Shown piece by piece: positions 37,694 through 47,044 of a stretch of DNA of 64,000 bases (positions are counted from its first letter, which is position 1; the number at the start of each line of letters is the position of its first letter). The notes below the pieces were generated by a model. That model ran no database searches and was not told where the DNA came from. It worked only from the letters and a program-made list of their open reading frames with translations. The stretch spans positions 14,048 through 78,047 of the forward strand of contig CADCSY010000092.1 of the NCBI GenBank assembly GCA_902805555.1, in the 5' to 3' direction. A program made the position numbers and the translations under genes. This stretch comes from an uncultured Acidimicrobiales bacterium (GTDB lineage Bacteria > Actinomycetota > Acidimicrobiia > Acidimicrobiales > CADCSY01).

Positions 37694-37771
37694 GTGAGCA
37701 CCCGAGCGATCGCCATCGTCGCCCTCGTCATCGCCGTCATCGTGCTGCTGATCGTGACAAACGTCCTCTAG
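37694..37771 (+). CDS. Small single-TM peptide (25 aa), not in the ORF track
   Basis: GAGGAG SD then GTG; MSTRAIAIVALVIAVIVLLIVTNVL-stop; almost all codons end in G/C. Confidence 0.6.
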   Translation: MSTRAIAIVALVIAVIVLLIVTNVL

Positions 37772-37829
37772 ATCCTCCTCGGTCGAAGGCGAGGGACACG
37801 CCTCCGGCTCCACCAGTCGTGGGGGGACG

Positions 37830-38696
37830 GTGGACGCCGGTCCCCTGCGCGACCTCCTGACCGCCTGCGCCGGGGTCTTCACCGGAGCGCTCTCCGGGGC
37901 GTTCGGTGTCGGCGGCGCGGTGATCTCGACGCCGGCCATCCGCGCGCTCGGCGTGCCCGCCAGCCTGGCCGTCGGCACCACCCTCCCGTCGATCCTGCCC
38001 AGTGCCGTGGCCGGGGCCCTGCGGTACCGGCGGGAGGGGCTGATCGACGGCCAGGCCGTGCTGCTGACCGTGCCGGTGGGCCTCGTGGCCGCAGTCGCAG
38101 GTGCGGTCGTCTCGGAGGTTGTCCCGGGGGAGGGCCACCTGCTCATGCTCCTCACCTCGGTCCTGCTGGCGGTCACCTCGATCCGCATGGCGCGCCACGA
38201 GCCCGCACCGTCGGGGAGCCACGGCTCCGAGCCGGTGGTCGGTGGCGCCGAGCCCGGCCCGATGGTCCCGGTGCCGGCCGAGACCGGCGATCCCGCTCCT
38301 GCGGCACCCCACCACGGTCGCGGCCGCGCCCCGGCCTTCGCCGCCGTGGGGGCGGCGGCGGGACTGCTCTCCGGGCTCCTCGGGGTCGGGGGCGGGATCG
38401 TGATGGTCCCCGGGTTCACCCAGGTCGCAGGACTCTCGATCAAGTCGGCGATCGCCACCTCGCTCGTCTGCGTCGCCGCGCTGGCCATCCCCGGCACGGT
38501 CACCCACGCCGTGCTCGGCAACATCGACTGGCGGGCGGCCGCCTTCCTCACGCTCACCGTGATCCCCGGCTCCCGGCTCGGCGTGGCCGCCACCCTCAGG
38601 GCGAGCGAACGGGCCCTGCGAACGAGCGTCGCCGGCCTCCTCGGGGTGGTCGCGGTCGTCTACGCCGGCGGTGAGCTGGCGAGCCTCCTGCGGTGA
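37830..38696 (+). CDS. Sulfite exporter TauE/SafE family protein
   Basis: Duplicated GxxSGxxGVGGG/A motifs, AVGTTL, AIATSL. Confidence 0.88.
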   Translation: MDAGPLRDLLTACAGVFTGALSGAFGVGGAVISTPAIRALGVPASLAVGTTLPSILPSAVAGALRYRREGLIDGQAVLLTVPVGLVAAVAGAVVSEVVPGEGHLLMLLTSVLLAVTSIRMARHEPAPSGSHGSEPVVGGAEPGPMVPVPAETGDPAPAAPHHGRGRAPAFAAVGAAAGLLSGLLGVGGGIVMVPGFTQVAGLSIKSAIATSLVCVAALAIPGTVTHAVLGNIDWRAAAFLTLTVIPGSRLGVAATLRASERALRTSVAGLLGVVAVVYAGGELASLLR

Positions 38697-38769
38697 GACC
38701 GGGAGGGTCGGGCCGCAGCCGTCGTCCCCCGCCCTGCTCGGCCCCGGAACCGGCGCCGGGCGCCGGTCC

Positions 38770-39510
38770 TCAGGCACCCAGCTCCCGCGCCCGGGTGAAG
38801 ACGGCGTCGAGCATGGCCTCGGTCAACGTCCCCGTGAAGGTGTTCTGCTGGCTCGGGTGGTACGAGCCCAGCAGCGTCCGGCCCCCCGGGAGGGGGTGCT
38901 CGGCCAGGTGCCCGAAGCGGGGTCGAGGTCGCACGTCGAGCGCTCCGGCCACCACCTGCGAGGCGAAGGCACCGAGCACGACGACGACACGGACCGACGT
39001 GAGCAGGCGCAGCTCGCGGCGGAGGTACGGGAGGCAGGTGTCGCGCTCGGCCGGCGTCGGCTTGTTGGCGGGAGGGGCGCAGCGGACGGCTGCGTTGACC
39101 CACGCCCCCGTGAGCGTCAGCCCGTCGTCCCGCGCCACGCTGGTGGACTGGTTCGCGTAGCCGGCGCGGTGCATGGCCCGGTAGAGCCAGTCGGCGCTGC
39201 GGTCGCCGGTGAAGACGCGCCCGGTGCGGTTGCCACCGTGCGCGGCGGGGGCCAGGCCCACCACCAGCAGGCGGGCCCCCGGGTCGCCGAACCCGGGGAG
39301 GGGCCGTCCCCAGTAGTCGTCGGTGGCGAAGGAGGCGCGCTTCGCCGTCGCCGTCTCCTCCCGCCACGCCACCAGCCGAGGACAGGCGAAGCAGGTGGTG
39401 ATCTCCCGGTCGATGCGCTCGAGGCTGTCTCCCGGCACCTCGTCGGAGGGTGGTGCGACGTGGTCGTCGGGCTCCGTCCCGAAGCGCCAGCCCAGGTGCG
39501 GATCGGCCAT
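38770..39510 (-). CDS. udgB: Uracil-DNA glycosylase family 5 (UdgB-like)
   Basis: CFACPRL, GLAPAAHGGNRTGRVFTGD, VRCAPPANKP, YHPSQQN. Confidence 0.9.
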   Translation of the reverse strand: MADPHLGWRFGTEPDDHVAPPSDEVPGDSLERIDREITTCFACPRLVAWREETATAKRASFATDDYWGRPLPGFGDPGARLLVVGLAPAAHGGNRTGRVFTGDRSADWLYRAMHRAGYANQSTSVARDDGLTLTGAWVNAAVRCAPPANKPTPAERDTCLPYLRRELRLLTSVRVVVVLGAFASQVVAGALDVRPRPRFGHLAEHPLPGGRTLLGSYHPSQQNTFTGTLTEAMLDAVFTRARELGA

Positions 39511-39533
39511 CGGCCCCACGGTAGGTTGACCCG

Positions 39534-40190
39534 ATCGCCGCCCGAGCCCCCCGCCCCAAGCCGCCCCCGTCGACGCTCGTCCTGCTGGTCCGCCACGGCC
39601 AGACGCCGACCACGGGCAAGACGCTGCCCGGCCGGGCGCCGGGCCTGCACCTGGCGGAGAGCGGCGTGGCCCAGGCCGAAGCCGTGGCCGAGCGGCTCGC
39701 CGCGCTGAAGCGGGTCGATGCGGTGTACGCGTCGCCGCTCGAGCGGACGAGGGAGACCGCGAAGCCGATCGGCAAGGCGAGAGGCGTGCGGGTGGCGATC
39801 GACCGTGGGCTCCTCGAGTGCGACTTCGGCGAGTGGACCGGTGGTGAGCTCAAGGCGCTGTCGAAGCTGCCGGCGTGGACGACGGTCCAGCGCTACCCCA
39901 GCGGCTTCCGGTTCCCGGGCGGCGAGTCCTTCGCCGAGATGCAGGCACGCATCACCGGCTCGCTGGCGGCACTGGTCGAGCGCCATGCCGGCGGCGTCGT
40001 CGTCGCCGTCTCCCACGCCGACCCGATCAAGGCGGCTGTCGCCTCCGCCCTCGGGACCCACCTCGACCTGTTCCAGCGGATCGTCATCTCCCCGTGCTCG
40101 GTCACAGCCATCAGCTACGGCCCGTCCGGGCCGACCGTGCTCACCGTGAACTCCGTCACCGGGCAGCTCAGCGAGCTGGCGCCGTCGTGA
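39534..40190 (+). CDS. Histidine phosphatase, MSMEG_4193 family
   Basis: LLVRHG at 39582-39599 (upstream of the ORF-track start), SPLERT, ECDFGEW, SHADPIK; start codon unclear (ATC at 39534). Confidence 0.85.
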   Translation: MAARAPRPKPPPSTLVLLVRHGQTPTTGKTLPGRAPGLHLAESGVAQAEAVAERLAALKRVDAVYASPLERTRETAKPIGKARGVRVAIDRGLLECDFGEWTGGELKALSKLPAWTTVQRYPSGFRFPGGESFAEMQARITGSLAALVERHAGGVVVAVSHADPIKAAVASALGTHLDLFQRIVISPCSVTAISYGPSGPTVLTVNSVTGQLSELAPS

Positions 40191-40257
40191 CCGGACCCCA
40201 CCGCCCCACGCCGGGCCCGGGCCCGCTCGTCGGAGCCGCAGGCGAGGTGGGCCCGAC

Positions 40258-40779
40258 GTGAGCAGCTCGTTCGACCTCACCGAGGTCGACCGGTTCACCG
40301 CCGGCGCCGTCGGGCCCCCCGGTGCCCGGGTCTTCTACCTGCAGGCGGTGGCCGGCACCCAGGTCGTGACGCTGCGGCTCGAGAAGGCCCAGGTGGCGGC
40401 CATGGCCCAGTACCTCTCGGAGATGCTCGTCGACCTCGCCACGCCCGCCCCAGGCGAGGTGCCGGGGGACCTCGAGCTCGTGGAGCCGGTCGTCGCGGAG
40501 TGGATCGTCGGCCAGCTGGGCGTGGTGTTCGACGATGACCGCGACCGGCTCCTCATCAGGGCCGAGGAGGTGGGTGAGCTCGACGAGGAGGGTGAGCCGA
40601 TCCCCGACCCCGACGCCGGCGTGGCCCGGTTCACCCTCACGCGCGGGCAGGTCGTGGGGTTCGTCGTGCGGGCCGCCACACTGGTCGCTGCCGGCCGCCC
40701 GCCGTGCCCGCTCTGCGGGCGACCGCTCGACCCCGAAGGCCACGTGTGCATCAAGACGAACGGGCACAAGCCGCACTGA
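40258..40779 (+). CDS. DUF3090 family protein
   Basis: RFTAGAVGPPGARVFYLQA, LEKAQV, AGRPPCPLCGRPLDPEGHVC..NGH. Confidence 0.88.
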   Translation: MSSSFDLTEVDRFTAGAVGPPGARVFYLQAVAGTQVVTLRLEKAQVAAMAQYLSEMLVDLATPAPGEVPGDLELVEPVVAEWIVGQLGVVFDDDRDRLLIRAEEVGELDEEGEPIPDPDAGVARFTLTRGQVVGFVVRAATLVAAGRPPCPLCGRPLDPEGHVCIKTNGHKPH

Positions 40780-41462
40780 CGTTGCTCCGCGAGGGCGAGC
40801 TCGAGATCAAGGGCCGCATGCCGTGGAGCTCCAACGGCACCTACCTCGTCGGCGTCACCTGCGGTGCCGACACCGGCTTCGCCGTCTACAAGCCCGGTCG
40901 CGGGGAGCGCCCCCTCTGGGACTTCCCCCGCGGGCTGTACCGGCGGGAGGCGGCCGCCTGGGTCCTCTCCGAGCTGCTCGGGTGGGGGCTCGTGCCGGAG
41001 ACGGTCGTGCGTGACGGCCCGCTGGGCGAGGGCTCCGTGCAGCGCTTCGTGGAGGCCGACTTCGAGCAGCACTACTTCACGCTCGTGGAGGACGAGTCCA
41101 CCCACGACACGTTCCGCGCCATGGCTGCGTTCGACATCGTGGCCAACAACACCGACCGCAAGTCGGGCCACTGCCTCCGCTCCCCTGCGGACGGTCGCAT
41201 CTACGGGATCGACAACGGGTTGTGCTTCCACCCCGACCCGAAGGTCCGCACCGTGATCTGGGAGTTCGGCGGCGAGCCCATCGCCCCGGCCCTCCTCGAG
41301 GACCTCAGGCGGCTCCCGTCCGTGCTGCCGGGCGACCTGACCCCGCTGCTCGACCAGGAGGAGCTCGACGGGGTGGCGGCGAGGGCGGAGCGGCTGGTCC
41401 GGCACGGCGAGCTCCCGGAGGCCGATCCCTCGGGCCGCTGCTACCCCTGGCCCCTCGTCTGA
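40746..41462 (+). CDS. SCO1664-family (PI3/4-kinase-like) protein
   Basis: SSNGT, YKP.RGERPLWDFP, NNTDRKSGH, IDNGLCF, PWPLV; start uncertain. Confidence 0.85.
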   Translation: MHQDERAQAALTLLREGELEIKGRMPWSSNGTYLVGVTCGADTGFAVYKPGRGERPLWDFPRGLYRREAAAWVLSELLGWGLVPETVVRDGPLGEGSVQRFVEADFEQHYFTLVEDESTHDTFRAMAAFDIVANNTDRKSGHCLRSPADGRIYGIDNGLCFHPDPKVRTVIWEFGGEPIAPALLEDLRRLPSVLPGDLTPLLDQEELDGVAARAERLVRHGELPEADPSGRCYPWPLV

Positions 41463-41495
41463 GCCCGGAGGCGCCCGACGCCCGACCTCCGTGGG

Positions 41496-42806
41496 TCAGC
41501 CGACGCGGCCGAGGACCCGGTCCGTGTACGCGTTGGCGAACGTGCCCTCGGGGTCGAGCCGGCGGCGGACCGCCTGCGCCTCGTCCCACCCCGGGTACCG
41601 GGGAGCGAGGGTGGCCGCCGTCTGGTGGTGGAGCTTGCCCCAGTGGGGCCTCCCCCCGACGCCGTCCATGATGTCCTCGACGGCGCCGAAGTACTCGGCG
41701 TGGTCCATGCCCTGGTACATGTGGACCGCCACGTAGCAGGTGTCCCGCCCCGAGGACGGGCTGAGGGGGATGTCGTCTGCGGCGACGAAGCGCACCTCCA
41801 CCGGGAAGCTGATGAGGAGGCCGCGGCGCTTCACCATGTCCCGCAGCTCGCGCACCACCTGCGCCCCCGCCGCCCGGGGCACGGCGTACTCCATCTCGTA
41901 GAACCTGACGTAGCGGGGGCTGGCGAACACCTTGTCGCTGCGGTCGACGTACTCCACGCGCCCGGTGGAGGGGATGGCCCGGGTCAGGCGGGGGATGGAC
42001 TCAGGGCGGCGGCGACCGAAGCGACAGGCGGCGCCGAAGGCGAGGTTGGCCAGCAGCACGTCGTCCCGGAACGAGTGCCACCTCGATCGTGGCGCCCGCT
42101 CGCGGTCGGTGCGGTTGTTCGTCTTGGTCAGCGCCCAGCCGGTGTGGGGCACCCAGTAGAACTCGAAGTGGTCGGCCCCCGAGACGTGGTCGTCGAGCGC
42201 CTCGAGCACGGCGTCGACGCGGAGTGGCTCCTCCACCACGTGCAGGTCGAAGGCGGGGACGGTGGCGAGGGTGACGGTCGACATGAGCCCGAGGGCGCCC
42301 ACACCGACCCGCGCTGCCTTGAACACCTCGGGCTCCTCGTCCGCCGAGCACTCGACGATCGACCCGTCGCCGGTGACGAGGCGCATGCCGCGCACCTGCG
42401 TGGCGAGGTTGCCGAGCCGCTCACCCGTGCCGTGGGTGGCGGTGGAGATGGCGCCCGCCACGGTCTGGTAGGCGATGTCGCCGAGGTTCGGCAGCGCCAG
42501 GCCGGAGGTGGCGAGGGTCGCGTTGAGGGCGGAGAGGGTCATGCCCGCCTGCACCGTGACGAGCCCCGCGGGCCGGTCGATGCGCACGACGCTGCCGTAG
42601 CGACCGGGGCGGACGAGGTGCCCATCGGTCAGGGCGGCGCCCGTGAAGCTGTGGCCGGACCCGACCATCTTCACCCGCTCGCCCCGGCCGGCCGCCAGCT
42701 TGACGACGGCAGCGAGCTCGTCCTCGGAGGAGGGCTCGTGGACCTCGCTCGGCACGCACGCCTGGTTCCCGGCCCAGTTCCGCCACCGCACCTTCGTCGA
42801 CCTCAT
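41496..42806 (-). CDS. FAD-linked sugar-lactone oxidase (D-arabinono-1,4-lactone oxidase family)
   Basis: WRNWAG, GSGHSF, TATHGTG, EMEY, FPVEVR, GRPHWGK. Confidence 0.9.
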   Translation of the reverse strand: MRSTKVRWRNWAGNQACVPSEVHEPSSEDELAAVVKLAAGRGERVKMVGSGHSFTGAALTDGHLVRPGRYGSVVRIDRPAGLVTVQAGMTLSALNATLATSGLALPNLGDIAYQTVAGAISTATHGTGERLGNLATQVRGMRLVTGDGSIVECSADEEPEVFKAARVGVGALGLMSTVTLATVPAFDLHVVEEPLRVDAVLEALDDHVSGADHFEFYWVPHTGWALTKTNNRTDRERAPRSRWHSFRDDVLLANLAFGAACRFGRRRPESIPRLTRAIPSTGRVEYVDRSDKVFASPRYVRFYEMEYAVPRAAGAQVVRELRDMVKRRGLLISFPVEVRFVAADDIPLSPSSGRDTCYVAVHMYQGMDHAEYFGAVEDIMDGVGGRPHWGKLHHQTAATLAPRYPGWDEAQAVRRRLDPEGTFANAYTDRVLGRVG

Positions 42807-42931
42807 CGCCGCAGGTTACGTGCAGGAGCACCGCTGCGCAGCGGGCCGGACAGCCGTGGGCGCGGACGACCCCCGGCTGCAGCCGGGGGCCGTGGCACTC
42901 GTCGTCCGGGGACCGGGGTGGCCCTCCGCGG

Positions 42932-43885
42932 CTAGCGGCCCTGCAGCGCCTCGATCAGCTTGGGAACGACCTTGTGGACGTCGCCGACGATGCCGAGGTC
43001 GGCGATGCCGAAGATCGGGGCCTCGGGGTCCTTGTTGATGGCGATGATGGTCTTCGAGCCCTTCATGCCGACCATGTGCTGGGTGGCGCCCGAGATGCCG
43101 ACGGCGATGTAGACGTTCGGCTTGACGACCTTGCCGGTCTGGCCGACCTGGTAGCTGTAGGGCACCCAACCGGCGTCGACGATGGCTCGGCTGGCGCCGG
43201 GCGCACCCTTCAGCAGCTTGGCCAGGCTCTCGACCATGTCGTACTTCGCGGCCTCGCCGAGCCCGCGGCCCCCGGCGACCACGAGGGCGGCCTCGTCGAG
43301 GATCGGCCCGGAGTGCTCCTCGACGTGGCGCTCGTGCACGGTGACCTGACCCTGCTCGGTCGGCTCGGCCGCCACGACCTGGGCGGTGGCGGCACCGCCG
43401 GGCTCGGCCGCGAACGACTTCGGCCGGAAGCTGGCCAGGTGCGGGGGCTCGCAGCGGAACGCGGTGGTCAGGTTGGTGCTGCCACCGAAGATCGACGAGG
43501 TCACCCGGACCTCGTCGCCCTCCACGCTGATGTCGTTGTTGTTGGTGAGCACCGGGCGGTCGAGCGCCACCGACAGGCGGGCGAGGACGTCACGGCCGTC
43601 GTAGGTGGAGCCGAACATGATGAGGTCGGGCGCGTTGCCCGCCTGCACCTGCGCGGCCATGGCCGAGGCGACGGGGATCCCCTGCAGGCCCTCGGTCGCC
43701 ACGCTGTAGACGGTGCTGACCCCGTACTGGCCGAGCTCAGCGGCCACTGCCTCGGCGTTCTCACCGGCGTAGAACGCCTCGACCTTGTCGGCCAGGCTGC
43801 GGGCCTTGGTGAGCAGCTCGAGGGTGATCGACGACGGCTTGTCGGCTCCCACCTCGGCGTGGACCCAGATCGTGTTGAGAGCCAT
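42932..43885 (-). CDS. etfA: Electron transfer flavoprotein alpha subunit
   Basis: [36 protein letters not shown]. Confidence 0.95.
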   Translation of the reverse strand: MALNTIWVHAEVGADKPSSITLELLTKARSLADKVEAFYAGENAEAVAAELGQYGVSTVYSVATEGLQGIPVASAMAAQVQAGNAPDLIMFGSTYDGRDVLARLSVALDRPVLTNNNDISVEGDEVRVTSSIFGGSTNLTTAFRCEPPHLASFRPKSFAAEPGGAATAQVVAAEPTEQGQVTVHERHVEEHSGPILDEAALVVAGGRGLGEAAKYDMVESLAKLLKGAPGASRAIVDAGWVPYSYQVGQTGKVVKPNVYIAVGISGATQHMVGMKGSKTIIAINKDPEAPIFGIADLGIVGDVHKVVPKLIEALQGR

Positions 43886-43887
43886 GG

Positions 43888-44667
43888 TCAGAGCACCTTC
43901 TGCGTCTCGAGGAACTGGACGATCTTGAGGTGCGACTCGCCGTCGTCCTCGACGATCTCGCCTGCCTGGCGCTCCTCCGCCGCGGTGACGGCCACGATCT
44001 CCTGGCGGGCGCCCGCTTCGCCGACCTGGTCGGCGCCGAGGCCGAGGTCGGCGACGGTGATGGTGTCGACGGGCTTGGACTTCGCCGCCATGATCCCCTT
44101 GAACGACGGGTACCGGGGCTCGACGACGCCGGCCGTCACCGAGATGAGCGCCGGGAGGGGGGCGGAGACCTCGTCGTAGCCGGCCTCGGTCTGGCGGTCC
44201 ACCTTGGCGGTGCCGTCGGCGATCTCGATGCTCTTTGCGAAGGTGATCGACGGGAAGCCGAGGAGGGCGGCGATCTGCTCGGGCACCGTGCCCGTGTAGC
44301 CGTCGCTCGACTCGGTGGCGGCGATGACGAGCTCGGGCTCGGCCCGCTTGATGGCGGCGGCGAGGACCTTGGCGGTGCCGAGGGCGTCGGAGCCGGCGAG
44401 CGACGGGTCGCTCACGAGGATCGCCTTGGCGGCGCCCATGGCGAGGCCGGTGCGCAGGCCGGACGACTCGTTGTTCGGCGCCATGGAGACGAGGGTGACG
44501 TCACCGCCGCCGGCAGCCGTGACGAGCTGGAGCGCCATCTCCACGCCATAGGCGTCGGAGTCGTCGAGGATGAGCTTGCCATCGCGCTTCAGGTAGTTCG
44601 TCGAGGGATCGAGGGCGCCCGGCGTCGCCGGGTCGGGGATCTGCTTCACGCAGACGACGACGTTCAT
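43888..44667 (-). CDS. etfB: Electron transfer flavoprotein beta subunit
   Basis: VVCVKQIPD, AMGA, PRYPSFKGIMAAK. Confidence 0.95.
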   Translation of the reverse strand: MNVVVCVKQIPDPATPGALDPSTNYLKRDGKLILDDSDAYGVEMALQLVTAAGGGDVTLVSMAPNNESSGLRTGLAMGAAKAILVSDPSLAGSDALGTAKVLAAAIKRAEPELVIAATESSDGYTGTVPEQIAALLGFPSITFAKSIEIADGTAKVDRQTEAGYDEVSAPLPALISVTAGVVEPRYPSFKGIMAAKSKPVDTITVADLGLGADQVGEAGARQEIVAVTAAEERQAGEIVEDDGESHLKIVQFLETQKVL

Positions 44668-44765
44668 GGGGCCATCCTCCCCTCCGGGGCCGGACGTGCC
44701 AAATCCTGCCGGCGGGCCCGAGGCCCCCGGACGGCGCCCCGGGACGCGCTGGTAGGTTCCCGCGC

Positions 44766-45680
44766 TTGCGCCTCCTCTTCATCGTGAACTCCTCGGCGTC
44801 CTCGGTGACGGCGAGGGGGCGGGTGGTGATCCAGAAGGCCCTGGCCGCCGACCACGACGTGACGCTGGCGGAGACGAGCCGGCGCGGCCACGCCACCCGC
44901 CTGGCGCAGGGCGCGGCCAACGTCGGGGTCGAGGTGGTGGCGGTGCTCGGCGGCGACGGGACCCTCAACGAGGCCGCCAACGGCCTGGCCGGCACCGAGA
45001 CGGCCCTCGCGGTCCTGCCCGGCGGCTCCACCAACGTCTTCGCCCGGACGATGGGCCTGCCGAACGACCCGATCGAGGCCACCGGGGACCTGCTCGGGGC
45101 GCTCGCCAGGGGTGCGGTCGAACCCGTCGGGCTCGGGTCCGTGAACGGCCGGTACTTCCTGTTCCACGTCGGCCTCGGCTTCGACGCCGAGGTGGTGCGC
45201 CAGGTGGAGCGGCGGTCGGCGCTGAAGCGCTACGCCGGGCACCCCCTCTTCGTGTACGCCGGCTTCACCTCCTGGTTCCGGCACTACGACCGGTCCCGGC
45301 CCCGCTTCGCCGTCCACCACGAGGACGGCAGCGTCGTGGACGACGGCCGCTTCGCCCTCGTCCTCAACACGAACCCGTACACCTACCTGGGCAACCGACC
45401 CCTGCAGGTGGCGCCCGAGGCGACCCTCGAGCGTGGCCTCGCCTCCCTCACCCTACGGACGCTGGCGCTGCCGACCTTCGCCACCGTGATCGTCTCGGTG
45501 CTCGGCACCGGGCATCGGGCCAGGGCCCACCGCCTCGTCGACTACCGCAGCGACGTCGGCGGGCTGCGGGTGGTCGGCCACGGCCCGTTCCCCTACCAGG
45601 TCGACGGCGACTTCCTCGGCGAGACGAGCGAGCTCCACCTCCGCCACGAGCGCGACATCCTCCGCCTCGTCCGCCCGTAG
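44766..45680 (+). CDS. Diacylglycerol/lipid kinase family protein
   Basis: GGDGTLNEAANG, PGGSTNVFAR, GFDAEV, QVDGD. Confidence 0.9.
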   Translation: MRLLFIVNSSASSVTARGRVVIQKALAADHDVTLAETSRRGHATRLAQGAANVGVEVVAVLGGDGTLNEAANGLAGTETALAVLPGGSTNVFARTMGLPNDPIEATGDLLGALARGAVEPVGLGSVNGRYFLFHVGLGFDAEVVRQVERRSALKRYAGHPLFVYAGFTSWFRHYDRSRPRFAVHHEDGSVVDDGRFALVLNTNPYTYLGNRPLQVAPEATLERGLASLTLRTLALPTFATVIVSVLGTGHRARAHRLVDYRSDVGGLRVVGHGPFPYQVDGDFLGETSELHLRHERDILRLVRP

Positions 45681-45737
45681 GGCGGCGACGGGAGGCCGCC
45701 CGTAGGGCGGCGACGGGCAGGCCGCCGACAGGGCGGC
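45671..45737. repeat. Short 25-26 bp tandem palindromic repeat (about 2.6 copies) at the kinase 3' end
   Basis: CCGCCCGTAGGGCGGCGACGGG(C)AGG twice, then CCGCCGACAGGGCGGC. Confidence 0.65.
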
Positions 45738-45882
45738 AAACGTGCGGCGCCCGTGGCGCGACGGCGGACCAGGCAGCTCGTCGACCGGCGCCGGGCCCCC
45801 GCCCGGAGGGGCGGCACCAGCACGCTCCGTGCGGTTCGAGGGGGCCAGCACGGACCCGGAGCCGGACCCGGAGCCGATGGGG

Positions 45883-46575
45883 CTAGCGGCCCAGGGCGGC
45901 GAGGGCGGCGTCGGGGACGTTGGTCACGATGGCGTCGACCCCGAGCGCGGCGAGCTGGCGGATGCGGTCCGGGTCGTCCACCGTCCAGGTGTTCACCCGC
46001 AGCCCGGCGGCGTGGGCGAGGTCGACGAGGTGTGGGGTGACGGCCCCGTGGTGCGGGTGCACCGCAGTGTGGCCTCGGCGCCGGGCCCGGTCGACGAAGC
46101 GGCCGGCCACGTCGGCGTCGGGGCCGAACGTGGCGAGCGCACCCGTGGGGACGGCCGGGTCGAGGGCCCGCACGCGATCGACGTCGGCGAGGTTGAACGA
46201 GGAGACGATGGCCCGCACACCAAGCGGCGCAAGGATCGGGACGACCGCCTCTGCCAGGACGAGAGCCGGATCGTGGTCGGGATCCCGGGGCCAGTTCTTG
46301 ATCTCGACGTTGACCACCAGGTCGCCGCACGCGGCGAGCGCGTCGGGCAGCGAGGGGACGTGGTCGGGGAGGTCGGCCGTGGCGACCTCGCACAGGAGCC
46401 GACCGTCGGCCAGGTGGGCGTCGTGGTGCACCGCCATGCCCCCGTCGAGCGTGCGCCGCACGTCGAGCTCGATGCCGTCGGCCCCCATCGCCACGGCCGT
46501 CTCGAAGGCCAGCAGCGTGTTCTCGGGCGCCACCGCGCTGGCGCCCCTGTGGGCGAAGACGAGGGTCATCTGCAT
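45883..46575 (-). CDS. Glycerophosphodiester phosphodiesterase
   Basis: AHRGAS..APENT, ELDV, HHD, NVEIK, WTVD, IVTN. Confidence 0.92.
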   Translation of the reverse strand: MQMTLVFAHRGASAVAPENTLLAFETAVAMGADGIELDVRRTLDGGMAVHHDAHLADGRLLCEVATADLPDHVPSLPDALAACGDLVVNVEIKNWPRDPDHDPALVLAEAVVPILAPLGVRAIVSSFNLADVDRVRALDPAVPTGALATFGPDADVAGRFVDRARRRGHTAVHPHHGAVTPHLVDLAHAAGLRVNTWTVDDPDRIRQLAALGVDAIVTNVPDAALAALGR

Positions 46576-46690
46576 CTCCTCGGTGACGAGAACGTGAAGA
46601 CGACGTGACGAGACCCTTGTGGTCGCACCTCGTCATCGGTACGCTGCGTGAGCCAAACGGCTTCGTGCGGGTGAGTCGAGCCGCCCAGCA

Positions 46691-46706
46691 TGTGAACGAA
46701 GTCACG
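46691..46706. promoter_or_regulatory. Putative CRP/GlxR-family binding site upstream of whiB1
   Basis: TGTGA-ACGAAG-TCACG, one mismatch from TGTGA-N6-TCACA. Confidence 0.55.
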
Positions 46707-46739
46707 ACAGCTCCCCGAGCCATCCTGAAAGGCGCCACC

Positions 46740-47039
46740 GTGGCCCTCACCCTGACCTCCGACGTGTCCGACCACGCCGCCGAGTGGCGAGACCGCGCCG
46801 CATGCCGCAGCACCGACCCCGACCTCTTCTTCCCGGTCGGGACCACGGGCCCCGCCATCTCCCAGATCGAGTCGGCGAAGGCCGTGTGCCGCACGTGCCC
46901 CTCGCTCGACCCGTGCCTCGAGTTCGCGCTGGCCACCAACCAGGACTCCGGGGTGTGGGGGGCGACCTCGGAGGAGGAGCGGCGCAAGCTGCGTCGCCAG
47001 TGGCTCGCCCGCCGCCGCCAGGCCGCCGCCACCGCCTGA
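46740..47039 (+). CDS. whiB1: WhiB-family Fe-S transcription factor (WhiB1/WblE-like)
   Basis: AAC..DPDLFFPVGTTGPA..QI..AKAVCRTC...C...QDSGVWG; convergent with a pdtaS-like kinase as in mycobacteria. Confidence 0.88.
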   Translation: MALTLTSDVSDHAAEWRDRAACRSTDPDLFFPVGTTGPAISQIESAKAVCRTCPSLDPCLEFALATNQDSGVWGATSEEERRKLRRQWLARRRQAAATA

Positions 47040-47044
47040 GCACC

